A stretch of 64,000 nucleotides of DNA, taken from Octopus sinensis (taxonomy: Eukaryota). The first letter of the stretch is position 1. Each line of letters opens with the position of its first letter. Below, in pieces: positions 11,516-25,229 of the stretch. The notes below the pieces were generated by a model that was given only the letters and a program-made list of their open reading frames with translations, was not told the origin of the DNA and ran no database searches. The translations under genes were made by a program, and so were the position numbers. The stretch covers positions 14,818,001 to 14,882,000 of the forward strand of contig NC_043000.1 in assembly GCF_006345805.1 (NCBI RefSeq). The letters are read 5' to 3'.

Positions 11516-12582
11516 TTCTCTCTCTCTGTGCAGTGTGTGATAGTGGTAAACAAGTGTCATTATCATACAGGCAATTTCATTCATTAACAATATTCTGCAA
11601 GAGCACCTGGCCATGGAAAAATACTACTTTGATTGGAAACTAGTGAGGGTTGGCCAATTGGAGGGCATAAAGGCATCCAGCTGTAGAATATCTGCTTCAA
11701 TATATTCCATCCTGCCCATGCAAACATGGAAAAGAGAACATTAAAATGATGTTGCTGACATTACAACATCATGTGTTATGCTTTTCTCTTCTGAATGACA
11801 CCCTGGATACATAATGATGGTTAATCCTAACTAAGCTTATCGAGTTGAGCTTATGGTACTGTGTAAGCCCAGATCCTAACACAGACATTTTATTGTGCCC
11901 TAGGAAAATACATCATGCAAGCACGGAAAAGTGGAAATTAAATGACAACTATTATTGTTGTTGTTATTTTTAAGCAACAAGATGGGTAAGGGTGATTAGG
12001 TGATGGTCTAGGGCTTAGGGGCAGGAGACCCCAGACCTTGGAAAAAAAAACTTTGGTCATCTTGTAGTCGAGGGCTCTTCATTGATGCCCGACACCACTG
12101 GCAGGTAGCCCTTGAAGTCGCTGGAAATGGAGATCTCCAGGTCCAAATTCTTGGATGGCAGAATCATTAGGGCACTGGGTAAAGTGTTTAACATTTCATC
12201 CTTCTTTATAAGAACCAGTCAAGCACTGGGAGTCAATGCAATCAACTAGCACCCCACTCTCCCAAAATTTCAGGTTTTGTGCCTATAGTAAAAAGGATTA
12301 TTATTATTATCATTATCATCATCATCATCAAGGTGGTGAGCTGGCAGAATCATTAGCATGCTGGACTACATGCTTAGTGGCATTTCTTCCGGCTTTACAT
12401 CCTGAGTTCAAATTCCACCAAAGTTGGCTCTCATCTTTTCTTATTTGACAAAATAAGCACCAGTGTGAGCAAGCAAGCATTTCTTAGTTCAAATTCTCAA
12501 GAGGTCAGCTTGCATCTCCATGAAAGATTTCAGACTAGCATCTCCATGAAAGATTTCAGGCCTTGTACCTACAGTTGAAAGG

Positions 12583-12616
<34 letters not shown>

Positions 12617-12653
12617 TATTATTATTATTATTATTACTATTATTATTATTATT

Positions 12654-13211
12654 GAGTGAATGATAGAGTAGTGCATGCCATCAAAGTGACACTGGGGTAA
12701 AATATACGAAGCCCAGTATACCCATCATGACTACTCGTCTGATAAGGGTACACTAGGCACATGCATCACAACCATATGTGCGCGACATGGTGATCTCATA
12801 TCAAGATAAACAGCACATGACCTTGCAGGTGGGGCCCAGTTAGAATTTTCTTCAGGTTGAGTAGCCCATCCCGCTCAAACGGTCCCTGAATAAGGGTTGT
12901 TTAAGGATGTTGAATAAAATACCCATGTTTCTAGAGGTGAATTATTCAAACCCTAAAGAATCCGTCTCAACACATGGCTATGATGCTCCCCCACTACTTC
13001 AGCTCGTGATCAGAGATGCACATATCATCAGCCACTAAGGGACATGCTCAACTGGTTAAGGTCAAACAACTGACAAGCAAATCTGTGGTATTGAGCAGAA
13101 TATTTGCTGTAGCCCATCTTTTATACCAAGACAAAACAATGTACATGATAACACTTCCAATCAGTTAAGATCAGAAGCCACGAGAACCACTGCCTGGTAC
13201 TGCATCAGGGC

Positions 13212-13214
<3 letters not shown>
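12654..13214 (-). mobile_element. Non-coding element flanked by (TAA)n arrays
   Basis: About 560 bp, both flanks (ATT)n; second partial copy at 62017-62393. Confidence 0.65.
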
Positions 13215-13247
<33 letters not shown>

Positions 13248-13291
13248 CATTGATATTATTATTATTATTATATTATTATTATTATTATTAT

Positions 13292-13328
<37 letters not shown>

Positions 13329-13362
13329 TTTTCATGAGTGTTTTTCTTTGTTTCTGTTCCAG

Positions 13363-13441
13363 GCAGCCATGGCAATGTTTGCTTACATGACAAATATAGA
13401 TACAGTTGATATGGTGGAAAGACAAGAAATTAAAGCTAGTG
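13363..13441 (+). CDS. ZBTB8OS: Archease exon 5
   Basis: ttccag|AAMAMFAYMTNIDTVDMVERQEIKAS(G)|gtaggt. Confidence 0.92.
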
Positions 13442-13993
13442 GTAGGTGGCAGACACATTGTTCTTCTCTTGTATTTGTTTTAAGGTTGTGATGAGCGTCA
13501 AGTGTTTGACTTTCAATTCAAAGTTATTGAAATAAAGGTAATGAGATGGAAATAGTGATTGAAATGCAATGTTGTAAAGAAGATGTATATGAAAAAAAGA
13601 AACTGTTAGGAGACACAAGCACTTACACTCACATCAACACACTTCCGCCTACCAAACTCAATTACAAGGCTTCGGTTAGTCCGTGGCTATAGCAGAAGAC
13701 ACTTGCCCAAGGTGCCATGCAGTGGGACTGAACCTGAAACTAGTTTCCTAACCACACAGCCTTGGTATATTCTTTTACTCCTGGGTGTATTCTTTTATTG
13801 CTTTTATTAATTTCAACTATTAGCATGTAGGTGCAGGAGTGGCTGTGTGGTAAGTAGCTTGTTTACCAACCACATGGTTCCGGGTTCAGTCCCACTTGGG
13901 CAAGTGTCTTCTACTATTGCCTCGGGCCGCCCAAAGCCTTGTGAGTGGATTTGGTAGATGGAAACTGAAAGAAGCCTGTTGTATATATGTATG

Positions 13994-14029
<36 letters not shown>

Positions 14030-14033
<4 letters not shown>

Positions 14034-14520
14034 GTAAAAAATATATACAAACTGGGACAAGAACGTGAAACACTTAGAAGACGACACAAGAACCACAGGA
14101 CGGGACATCCGAAGCCCTCAGTTACCAGTCAAGAACCGGATCATCTTCGCAATTTCGGCTGATTAATCTTGAGATTGCTCCGACCTGGGCAGCCCCCAAG
14201 GGAAATCTAAGCCAAGCGCATTAGATCCCTTGGAAGAAAGCTTCGAATGTATACAACACAAGGACAGAAAACAAACGATGTACACGAATAAAAATACAGA
14301 AATACGTGAAAACAATAAGGAAAGCACGAATAAGAATACAAAAACATAAAAACAATAAAGGTAAGGATAAAAAACAAAACCAGGACGTAGGACAAGGGTC
14401 TTTCGACAGGACGAGTTGAGTTGGGGCTGGCTTATGGAGTTGTGACTTATGGCTGCGGGAGACAAACAAAAACGTGTTGCTTCAACGACTGCTGGATACG
14501 AAAAGGCCGCCCAGCAGTGG
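14030..14520 (-). mobile_element. Repeat (probably Penelope-like) nested in the TA tract of a SINE
   Basis: Interrupts the CORE-type SINE 13828-14750; T-rich LTR-like text on the minus strand. Confidence 0.35.
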
Positions 14521-14904
14521 CTAGCTGGTCACATATATATATATATATGTGTGTGTGTGTCTGTTTGTCCCCCCAACATCACTTGTCAACTGATACTGGT
14601 GTGTTTACGTTCCCGTAACTTAGCGGTTCAGTAAAAGAGACTGATAGAATAAGTATTAGGCTTCCAAAGAATAAGTGCTGGGGTCGATTTGCTCGACTAA
14701 AGGCGGTGCTCCAGCATGGCCACAGTCAAATGACTGAAACAAGTAAAATAAACAGGAAAAAAAAAGACTGAAGTCTTGGTTGGGTACTACTATAGTATAG
14801 TCAGTTATGTCAAACCTAGTATTTGACTGTAGTTATTGTTCTGGTTCATGGCTCATTTCCTGCACTTGTGATGTTTCATAACCAAGAGGTGATGAAAGCT
14901 TCAG

Positions 14905-15030
14905 TGAAGGAGTTCTTTGTCTCAAGGGACAAGAGCTGGTTTCATTATGGAATCAAAAACTGGCCTAAACGTGACTTCAGACAGTGCAACATGACCTCTA
15001 CTTTGAATACTGAACTACTTTTGTTCTAAC
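14905..15030 (+). mobile_element. Degenerate mariner transposase C-terminal fragment
   Basis: VKEFFVSRDKSWFHYGIKNWPKR resembles mariner transposase C-termini. Confidence 0.45.
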
Positions 15031-17415
15031 TTGACGAATAAAGCAAATAAGTTACCAAAATCATCATCATCATCGTTTAACGTCTGTTCTCCATGCTAGC
15101 ATGGGTTGGACGGTTCGACCGGGGATCTGGGAAGCCAGAAGGCTGCACCAGGCTACGGTCTTATCTGGCAAAGTTTCTACAGCTGGATGCCCTTCCTAAC
15201 GCCAACCACTCCGAGAGTGTAGTGGGTGCTTTTTACGTGCCACCTGCACTGGTGCCAGGCGAGGCTGGCATCGGCCACGGTCGGATTGGTGCATTTTACG
15301 TGCCACCTGCACGGAAGCCAGTCGAGGCGGCACTGGCTTCGGCCACGATTCGGATGGTGCTTTTTACGTGCCACCGACACGGAAGCCAGTCGAAGCGGCG
15401 CTGGCATCGGCCACGATTCGGATAGTGCTTTTATTGCAGAATTTTTGACTCAACACAATAATAAACCGAGAAAGGATGATGAATAGGAAAATCACTTGCA
15501 GTGGGATCTGAATTCAAAACGTAACAGGATGTAACTAAATACCACTAAAATGACTATTATCTCTGGCTTATTACTGATTCTACCATCTGCTATCACTTGT
15601 ATGGCTATAAATCATCCTGGATTGGTTGACAAACTTCTGTGTTGCACCTTATAATAGTATCTTCTTTACCAGAATTACTTACAACCCTAAATTTTGCCAG
15701 TGTGTGTTATTATTTTATAGCCCTAGGTCGATCCTGGTTAAGCAGACCTCTGATAAAAACATTCAAGCCATGATCATCATGTTTTCTTTTCAGGAATAGT
15801 GTATCTTGGATTGTATCATTCAGTGTGTCCTTTTTTTTAAGATAGTAGAATGCAATTTTATTATTATTTCTTTTTTGTATGTTATTGATTTGAGATAGAT
15901 TTCACTGCTATTTCTAGGTAAAACAATCACATCAAGATTCCTCTGTCTTTGTTTGGCACAAGGAATGATAGCAATCATATTTCTAATATGGGCACAGAGC
16001 TACAAAGGGACCTTTTTTTTACCATAATTTTAATGAAATTTACAGTCCTACGTGTCTCAGTTAGTCTTGAAAATAATCAAAAATTTAGAGAGATTTAATA
16101 AAATAACATTTTTTTTTAATAAGTTTATGTCTGGATTGTAAAAAAAGGTGAACATACAAACTACAGAAAATTAAAACTGGAGCTTCATCATCATCATCAT
16201 CGTTTAACGTCCACTTTCCCTGCTGGCATGGGTTGGACGATTTGACTGAGGTCTGGCAAACCAGATGGCTGCACCAGACTCCAATCTGATCTGGCAGAGT
16301 TTCTACAGCTGGATGACCTTCCTAACGCCAACCACTCCATGAGTGTAGTGGGTGCTTTTTACGTGCTACATAAATATTTGGATTGACAGAATCACTCAAC
16401 AAAAACAAATATAAGAAGAAAAAAAACAAAGAAAATATTTATGATACCTCTTTCTACAAGCTGTGGGTTGGTTAAATTTATCAATTTAAACATATTTCTA
16501 TTCTCTGGTCAGTTTTACAACTGGACCAAATACTTTGAATATATAATTATTCTTTTCTACTTTTGGCACAAGACCCGAAATTTGGGGGGAGGGGGCCAGT
16601 TAATGAGATCGACCCCAGTACGCAACTGGTACTTAATTTATCGACGCCGAAAGGATGAATTCTAAGTCGACCTCGACGGAATTTGAATATATAATTATTG
16701 GAGTTGTACTTATTTCTTCAGCTGGTTGTTACGATGAGTTATCTCCCTTCTAGTCATTTTTATGCATGAAGTTTTAACATACAAGTTTAAGTACATTTCT
16801 TCTCACCAAATTTCATTTCCAGTTCCTGATAACTATCGTATGTGATAGCATATAATACGCACACTTTTGAAAAATATATGTTTCAAAAATTAACTCTGGT
16901 CCTATATTACATGTGGTAATGCATTAAAACCCCACTTTTCTCCTGAATATGCGTTGCCGAAATTGAGGTGCATCTAATGTGCCTGTGTGTCTTTTATGCC
17001 ATTAAAATCGGTAACTCTTCAATTCAGGTTAATTATTTAGTTTGTAGTCGTAGTAGTAGAATTATCAGTGCAGAGCAGGGCTTCCTCCCTTGACTAACTT
17101 ATAAAAATTAAAGTTTTTATCAGTCACAAAGTATAAACTCTGTGAGTGTGTGTGTGTGTGTATAAGTATGTAGTGACGCCTTTTGCTCACTCCACTTGAC
17201 TACTGTGATGAGCTCCTAGGCTGCCGATTCGCCCAGAAGAAGAACGTATATATTGCAAATCCAGAAATAAAATATTTATGCTATAGAAGTTATTCGGAAG
17301 TCTTGGTTTTCCTTCGGTTAATAATTTAATGTAAAGGATGGGAGCTGCACCCATCCAGTGTTACAGACCTTTCATCCTGTTACAAGTATGTTTATAACCT
17401 TGATTTTTGTTTCAG

Positions 17416-17498
17416 GTGATGATTTACTGGGGCTCTTATATCATTTCTTGGATGAATTCTTATTCCTATTCTGTGCTGAACCTTTCTTTATAGTGCGA
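17416..17498 (+). CDS. ZBTB8OS: Archease exon 6
   Basis: ttcag|(G)DDLLGLLYHFLDEFLFLFCAEPFFIVR|gtaagt. Confidence 0.93.
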
Positions 17499-18690
17499 GT
17501 AAGTAGAATACTTGTTTTTAATTGTTTACTTGCTTCTTTGTTTTTAATTGTTTACTTGCCTCAGTTGTTAGTTGTCGGAGCACTGCATCCTTCAAAACTT
17601 CCATGCTTCCTGAGATTCGCCAATACTACACCTGATTTTCTCCCCTCCATACACACGCAAGCATGTATCTGACTCATACACTGTTCACTTTCCAGACATT
17701 TGTACATTACTGCATATGCTTTATACATACTTTTGACAAGTTGTGGTGCACCTGAGCACTGTATACAATAATTTCATTAAAATTTTTTCATTTTTATTTT
17801 TTTTAATCTCTGTCTGGATTGTGATAAAGAAGAGATATTTATCCTGTTTGAACCTAATGAATGCCATTGTTATCATTCTCCTCATTAAAAATTTTGATGC
17901 ATTTATTATCATTATCGTAACAACTGTAAGTCACATGGGTTTATCAAACAACCACATTCATCCTAGCCAGGAATTATTTAATATAGAATGCAAAGTAAAC
18001 AGTAAAAGAGCCATGAAGAGAAAAGGAGGCATAGGTACATTAGGAATGGTGTTGATGAATTTTGGGAAGTATGGCAGTTTTGAAAGATTCACTGTTCTGA
18101 TGCTAACAAATAGCATGAGGAGACTAGAACTTTTGTATTACTGGCTTCTTTCATTGAGAAGATGGAGTTAAGTGGGTATATTTTGGCAGTAGAGACGTGA
18201 TAAGAATAGCTCCAATGCAATTTGTCTCTCTCTAGATGTTCATGCTCTTTCTTGATATCTCATAACCTTCTTCCAGATGGTATCTTATTACTTTAGTACC
18301 ATTTAACCACTAAGGTAATGAGTTGCCGACAAAATGCTTGGTGGCATTTTTTCTGGCTCTTTACATTCTGAGTTCAAATGGCACCAAGGTCAACTTTACC
18401 TTTCACCCCTTCAGGGTCAGTCAATAAAATGAAATACTAGTCAAGTACTAGGATGAATATAATCAACTTGTCCCTTCCCCTCAGAATTGCTGGCCTTAAA
18501 CCCTGCAACAGACTGGCATCCCATTTAGGGGTGATGTTGTGATCTCAGTTACTTATTAGTCACAGAAGCTGGGTAACTGATCTTGTGAGTCCTAAGGCTC
18601 AAGAAAAAAATTAGTCACTACTTCAAACACCAAAACTTTCGAATTTTAACTGAATGCTGATTTTTCTCTCTAACTTTTAATTTCTTGCAG

Positions 18691-18743
18691 AAAGTGAAAA
18701 TATTAGAATTTGATTTAGAAAATTTAACTATACATGCAGAAGG
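18691..18743 (+). CDS. ZBTB8OS: Archease exon 7
   Basis: tgcag|KVKILEFDLENLTIHAE(G)|gtaagt. Confidence 0.92.
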
Positions 18744-19638
18744 GTAAGTTAACTTTTTTTATAACTCGCTGTTGAATAAAACCATAAATCTGATTTTTAT
18801 CAGTTCTGTAGGTCTATGTGTAAAAGTGCTATGGATCACAGCTAAAGACCTTTGTTACTAATAACTCTCTCTCTAATCAATTTCCCACTTTGACAAACCT
18901 CACTATATATGAAACCCATTACTCTAACATGCCTTATACTATGGAAAAATTCAGACAATACTAAAAAGCTTCACATGATAATAAATTACATACTATAAAG
19001 ATCTTTTTGCTATAACAAACATAGTATTAGAATAAACCTCTCAGATCAGATCAGGTATGGGGACATGTACCATTGCAGTGTATCACTGCATCTACCATTT
19101 ATCAGTATTTGCTCACATTCTATAGCAAATCACACACTATGATATATCATCATCATCATCATCATCATCATCGTTTAACGTCCGCTTTCCATGCTAGCAT
19201 TGGTTGGATGGTTCAACTGGGGTCTGGGAAGCCAGAAGGCTACACCAGGCCCAGTCTGATCTGGCAGTATTTCTACAGCTGGATGCCCTTCCTAACGCCA
19301 ACCACTCCGTGAGTGTAGTGAGTGCTTTTTACATGCCACCGGCACAGGTGCCAGACGAGGCTGGCAATGGTCACGATAGGAAGTGCTTTTTCCGTGCCAC
19401 CGGCATAGAGGCCAGACAGGGCTGGCAATGGCCACGATCAGATGGTTCTTTTTACATCCCACCGGCACAATATATATATCTTGCAATAAAAACATTACAC
19501 TATAGTAAACTCATACTCTATTGACTTTCTCCTTAACGTAAAACTTTATCAATCATTGCTACTCATTTCAATATAATGTGTTTTTTTTAAACATGAATTT
19601 ATAATGTTTTCCTCATATTTCTTTTTATATTATTGCAG

Positions 19639-19675
19639 GTATGGTGAAGAATTCGATCTTGACAAGCATCCTCAG
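19639..19675 (+). CDS. ZBTB8OS: Archease exon 8
   Basis: tgcag|(G)YGEEFDLDKHPQ|gtaagt. Confidence 0.93.
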
Positions 19676-20429
19676 GTAAGTGACAAGGTGAAAGAAAGAC
19701 AATGAGTTGAATGTAAAACAACAAAATTTAGGGGTACAACTGCTTGTTTAGGTAAACTGAGTGTAATGTAGAGCTATTGTTGTTTAACTCTAGGTCAATA
19801 TTGATCAAATAGACCTATGATCAAAGCCATTTCAGTGTCCTTCATTCTCGATATGGCAGGGTAGAATTTGAGGGAGAATCAGCTCTTGTTTTTTGCCACA
19901 GGGGTAACTATGTAGTGGCTGCTTATTGTAGAAGTTGTTCTTTAGCTCCGTCTCAATCATTATGCAGCAGCAACAGACCTGTATTAAAAGAGATTCCAGC
20001 CATGACTTCCCTTCTTTTTTTTATTTTTTAACCAGAATTACATTATCTAGTGGGCCCTATTTAATTCAGTCGGGTCCAAAATGTGGGAGATATGGCAGTT
20101 ATTTTTAGGAGATTAAGTGACTGATTGGAGGTAGTTTGGACATATGGATGGTAGCCATAATCGTGGTAGATAAAGATAGTATGGGTATCAGAAGGTAGTG
20201 AATGGTAGTAGTTTGAGTAGTAGTAAATGAAGATGGTATGGATATATAAGGATAGTGAATGGTTGGTCCTGATGGTGTGGACATATAATAATAGTTGATG
20301 GTAGCTACCGCAGTAGTAAGTCATGATGGTATAGTCATGTGATGGTTCTGGATGGTAGCTAAAATTGTGGTAAGGCATGGCTATGTTGTAGTGGTGTTGG
20401 TGGTGGTTGTGGTGGTTCTAGTTCTTTTT

Positions 20430-20835
20430 CTTTTTTCTTGAGACAGCATTCACCAGGGGTGAGTTGATCTGGCTTCATTCATCCTCAATGCTGCATCTCT
20501 CACAAACACCGACCAGGCCTGGCGATTTGAGGCTAACAACCACATGATCTCCAACCACTCCTTATTCCAGCAGCGAACGCCGTAGATATGGGGGACTAGG
20601 TTGGGTTCCAGATCAGCCTTGACTGTCATCAGCCAGGATTTTCGTTGTCCACCACATCACTTTCGCCAACCCGGAGGGGGAGCTGGGGCAATTGCTTCGT
20701 AGATGAATTCTCCTGGTTGACGACGGAGGGCATAACCAGCCAATGCAGACGTCTCATTAGGATGACTTGTCGGAGGGAGGTGATTTTACACTGGTGTCGC
20801 ACCAAATTGTTGGAGATAAAGTGATGCCATTGGAC
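20430..20835 (-). mobile_element. RTE-clade LINE 3' fragment
   Basis: VQWHHFISN...ITSLRQVILMRRLHW...WLEIMWLLASNRQAWSVFVRDA with frameshifts. Confidence 0.7.
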
Positions 20836-21304
20836 ACAAAGGATGACTCTAGTTGTAGTAGTGGTAGTAGTGATGGTAGCAATACTGATGCTTGTAGTAG
20901 TTGTGATAGTGGTACTACTACATGTGTGTATGTGTGTGTGTGTATACTCATGTAAACCAGTTAGTATTACTTGTTTCACGGTCACACTGTTGATGATTAG
21001 GCTGGCAAGTCTCATGCGTCACCCTAGTGTGGAGAACGGAAGGATAGTATGACAAGGCGAAGAACACTACAAGATGACAATGATCATCCATCATGCCTTC
21101 AAATGGAGCAAGGCCCATTAAAGCTTTTGTTTCTAGTATTGCTAAGTCTTTTCACAACTTCTATATCCAATTACATCTCTCAGACATACCATCCTTGCCT
21201 TTCATATGAGTCAAGAAAACCCAGGTGAGAAATAATTACAAGGATCATCCATGGTGCTTTAAATCAATCCAGGTTATGATTATCATCATCACTTCTTTTT
21301 CACA

Positions 21305-21665
21305 TCATCATCATCATCATCGTTTAACGTCCGCTTTCCATGCTAGCATGGGTTGGACGATTTGACTGAGGTCTGGCAAACCAGATGGCTGCACCAGACT
21401 CCAATCTGATCTGGCAGAGTTTCTACAGCTGGATGCCCTTCCTAATGCCAACCACTCCGAGAGTGTAGTGGGTGCTTTTTATGTGCCACCAGCACAGGGC
21501 CAGTCAGGTGGTACTGGCCATGTCCTCGCTCGAATCTTTTTACACATGCCACCAGCACAGGTGCCAGTAAGGCGATGTTGGTAACGATCATGCTCGAATG
21601 GTGCCCTATTACATGCCACCAGCACCGAAGCCAGTTGGCTGTTCTGGCAACGATCATGCTCGGAT
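21305..21665 (-). mobile_element. SINE family S3 with (GAT)n tail and core GGAAGGGCATCCAGCTGTA
   Basis: Other copies near 6070-6525, 15062-15430, 16190-16370, 19145-19470, 21850-22035, 22425-22605; internal tandem subrepeats of variable number. Confidence 0.7.
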
Positions 21666-22098
21666 GAAAATGATGCTTGCATGTCATTCTCACTCTCTCT
21701 CTCTCCTAAAGGTGAGTAACCTTGTAGCTCCTCTACAAGAACATGCTTTCCCCCTCCTTAACCCTCATCTCCTCACAAATGCAGCTCCTACCACCACCAC
21801 CTGTTTGGATTTTGTGGTCTCGCAAGCTGTGTAGTAGCATCCTCTTTAATGCTGGTGGCATGATAAAAGGCACCCAGTACACAGTGTAAAGTGGTTGCCA
21901 TTAGAAAGGGCATCAAACTGTAGAAACCATGCCAAAGTAGACACTGGAGCACAATGCAGTCCTTAGACCCATCAGATCCATTCAACCTGTCCAGCCCATG
22001 CTAGTATGACACACAGACATTAAATTATGATGATGATGTCATTCTATTCATAATTGGGTTTTTTTATGACTAATTGTTGTTTTTCTCGACCTTTACAG

Positions 22099-22188
22099 GG
22101 AACGGAAGTAAAAGCCATCACCTATTCCAACATGCAAATTCATGATAAAGTTGAAGATAATGATATATTTGTAATAATTGATATTTAA
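22099..22188 (+). CDS. ZBTB8OS: Archease exon 9 (terminal)
   Basis: ttacag|GTEVKAITYSNMQIHDKVEDNDIFVIIDI*; conserved EVKAITY and C-terminal IIDI; total CDS 474 nt = 157 aa plus stop. Confidence 0.95.
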   Translation, partial: GTEVKAITYSNMQIHDKVEDNDIFVIIDI

Positions 22189-22251
22189 TAGAATTTTAAT
22201 CCTTACTCACCTATACAAGAAACTTTTTTCTATTGTCCTTGTTGAACTGCT

Positions 22252-22257
22252 AATAAA
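22252..22257 (+). terminator. Candidate polyadenylation signal of archease
   Basis: AATAAA 64 nt after the stop codon in U-rich context. Confidence 0.5.
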
Positions 22258-22619
22258 ATATTTATAAACTTTTTTTCTAAAATCATGAATTCTAACTACA
22301 TATGAAATTAAATATTTTCTAAACTTTTCTTTCTGATTCGCATTTTCGTTTTTATTTTTTATCAATGTTATTAGATTTAAGACACAAGCATGATCTCATA
22401 GTTAAGAAGTTTGTTTGGCATGTACCAGTGACACGTAAAAAGCACCCACGGAGTGGTTGGCATTAGGACGGGCATCCAGCTGTAGAAACACTGCCAGATC
22501 AGACTAGAGCCTGGTGCAGCCTCCTGGCTTCCCAGACCCTGGTCAAACCATCCAACCCATGCTAGCATGGAAATCGGACGTTAAATGATGATGATGATGA
22601 TGACATCATCTTCAGTTTG

Positions 22620-22935
22620 GTCCCACTATTATGGCACTTGATTGCTTGCTCATTCATGCTCTTGTTTGAAAGGACTGGAGTCATCCCAGGTTAGTGGTTT
22701 CAGAGGTGACATCAGGCATAGAGCTGACCAGGTCCACCGGTGCTTTTCATCACTGGCGGTCCCATGCCAGCCCTTCTGCATCCTCCAAGATGATGTTGAG
22801 CCTTTGGAGATCTTCCTTAATCATGTCCAACCATCTGGTGCGAGGCCTGCCACAGGGTTTCCTCCAGCCCACAGCTGCTGCATCGAACAAGACTAAAGCC
22901 CTGATAAGATGCTCTGGCAGGAGATGGAGGACATA
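22620..22935 (-). mobile_element. RTE-clade LINE 3' fragment
   Basis: GWRKPCGRPRTRWLDMIKEDLQRLNI...LAWDR, typical RTE C-terminus, followed by a GAT tail. Confidence 0.7.
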
Positions 22936-24729
22936 TCCATACTAGCATGTGTGGTGCATGGCTATGAGATGGGAGGCTGTGGGCTGATGTGTATGTGCAT
23001 GCAGTTCATTGTTGGAAACATGATGGTGCCATTTGATGTTTTTGATGGTTTTCAGGGCTCTGCTATCAAAGAAGTTGAAACTTTTTTGCCAGGGTCTTCA
23101 TGAGGAGGCATGTTTTTGCTCCATAGAGGAGAATGGAGAAGACAGATACTTTGTAGATGTGGAACTTTGTCTTCCAGAAGATAGAATTGATTAACATCTT
23201 GTATTATATTGAATTCTAATGTCCAATTTCTTCCACTAATGTATGATGGGTAGTTTTGTAAGGATTATACATTTGTCACAAAAAAATTGGTGCAGATGTT
23301 TCTCTGTTCAATGCATGGGCCGGGATGTGCAAGTGCATCCCTTAGAATTTTTGTGGGGTGGAAAATCAAAATTTGCACCCCTACTTACTTTTTGTAGGTT
23401 TAGAAAACTGAATAAAAAGTGATCTGTAAAAAGTAGCTCAAGGTTATGTTTCTTCACAAAGAACAAAAATAAATTAATTAAAAAACAAAAAAACCTTGTT
23501 TGTAAAAAAATTTTCAGACCTGGGTTTGCACCCTGCAAGCAAGTTTCGTTCCTGAGCCAGTGGTTCTATGGACACATTTTCCACTATCTCTTTTGTGAGA
23601 TAAATTGATAAATGGAAACTGCAGAAACCTATATTCATATGTGTGGACTCTTATATTCCCTTAATCAGCCACTCAAATAAGTGTGCAAGTCCTAGGTTAC
23701 TGAGTCACCTTGAAGCTTAGCCCCTTGCTTCCACCTCACAACCATTTATTTCTCACCTTCCTGTTGTCATTCCTTCTTCTGTTGTTTCCCTTCTTGATCT
23801 TGATGTCTAATGTTACTAAGTTTTCTCTGCATTTATTGTGTACGAGACACCTTTTTCCCCTGCTGGTCTAATAATTGAACTCTTTACAATGGTAGGTGAG
23901 CAACACAACTGATCTGGTACTGATGCCATGAAAAATGCACCCAGAACATACTGTAAAGTGGTTGGCAAATGAATAGAGATAGTGTAAGGTTATCTTTTAC
24001 TTGTTTCAGTCTTTTGACTGTGGCCATGCTGGGGCACCTTGAGGAATTTTAGTCAAATGAGTCAACCTTAGTACTTATTTTTTAAGCCTAGTACTTATGC
24101 TATCGGTTTCTTTTACCAAACCACTAAGTTACGGGGACACAACCACACCAACACCGGTTGTTAAACAGTGTGGTGGTGTTGGACCAAACACACACGCATA
24201 TAATATACAAGCTTCTTTCAGTTTCCATCTACCAAATCCTTCTCACAAGGCTTTGGTTGGCCCGAGGCTAGTGTAGAAGACACTTGCCAAAGGTGCCAAG
24301 CAGAGGGGCTGATCCCACATGGAGCCAGTACACTTTGTGAAGTTATTGGTGACAGAAAAAGCATCCTATCAGGGAAACCAAACCAAATTACATGTCTGAG
24401 CATAGTCGGTGGGAATAGCAACCTATAAGAAATGGCATAGATCCTCCCCAAGTCATGTAGACTCTTAGTGCCGGTTTCCGTGTCGCATATATTCCACCAA
24501 TCCGTCACCGAATTATTTATTTATGCCAGTTGAGTAGACTAGAATTGTGAATTGAATGAAGCGTTTTGCTCAAGAACACAACGCATCGCTTAGTCCATGA
24601 ACCGAAACCACAATCTTACGATTATGAATCCAACATCCTGACCACTAAGCCATGCGCCTCAACAATAAGAAATGGCTTTGACTGTGACAACCATTCTAAT
24701 CTCAGCCAGGATTATGATATATTACTCTT

Positions 24730-25105
24730 TACTCTTTTACTTGTTTCAGTCATTTGACTGCGGCCATGCTGGAGCACCGCCTTTAATCGAGCAACTCGAC
24801 CCCAGGACTTATTCTTTTGTAAGCCCAGTACTTATTCTATCGGTCTCTTTCGCCGAACCGCTAAGTAATGGGGACATAAACACCCTAGCATCGGTTGTCA
24901 AGCAATGCTAGGGGGACAAACACACGCATATATATATACATATATACGACGGGCTTCTTTCAGTTTCCGTCTACCAAATCCACTCACAAGGCTTTGGTCG
25001 GCCCGAGGCTATAGTAGAAGACACTTGCCCAAGGTGCCACGCAGTGGGACTGAACCCGGAGCCATGTGGTTGGTAAACAAGCTACTTACCACACAGCCAC
25101 TCCTG
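24730..25105 (-). mobile_element. CORE-like tRNA-derived SINE family S2 (near full length)
   Basis: Head GGAGTGGCTGTGTGGTAAG...GGGTTCAGTCCC, core GGCACCTTGGGCAAGTGTCTT, tail GTAAAAGAGTAAAAGA; other copies near 11265, 13640, 13828-14750, 24000, 31365, 39610, 57750. Confidence 0.75.
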
Positions 25106-25229
25106 TACGCAAGGGTTTGTTATGTCTGTCTCTATGTCTATTTTTACATTGACACTATTAAAAATACAGTGTCTTTGTCTATGTTCCATAACTTACCAGC
25201 AGGACAAACAGAGATCACTAAGTAAATAG

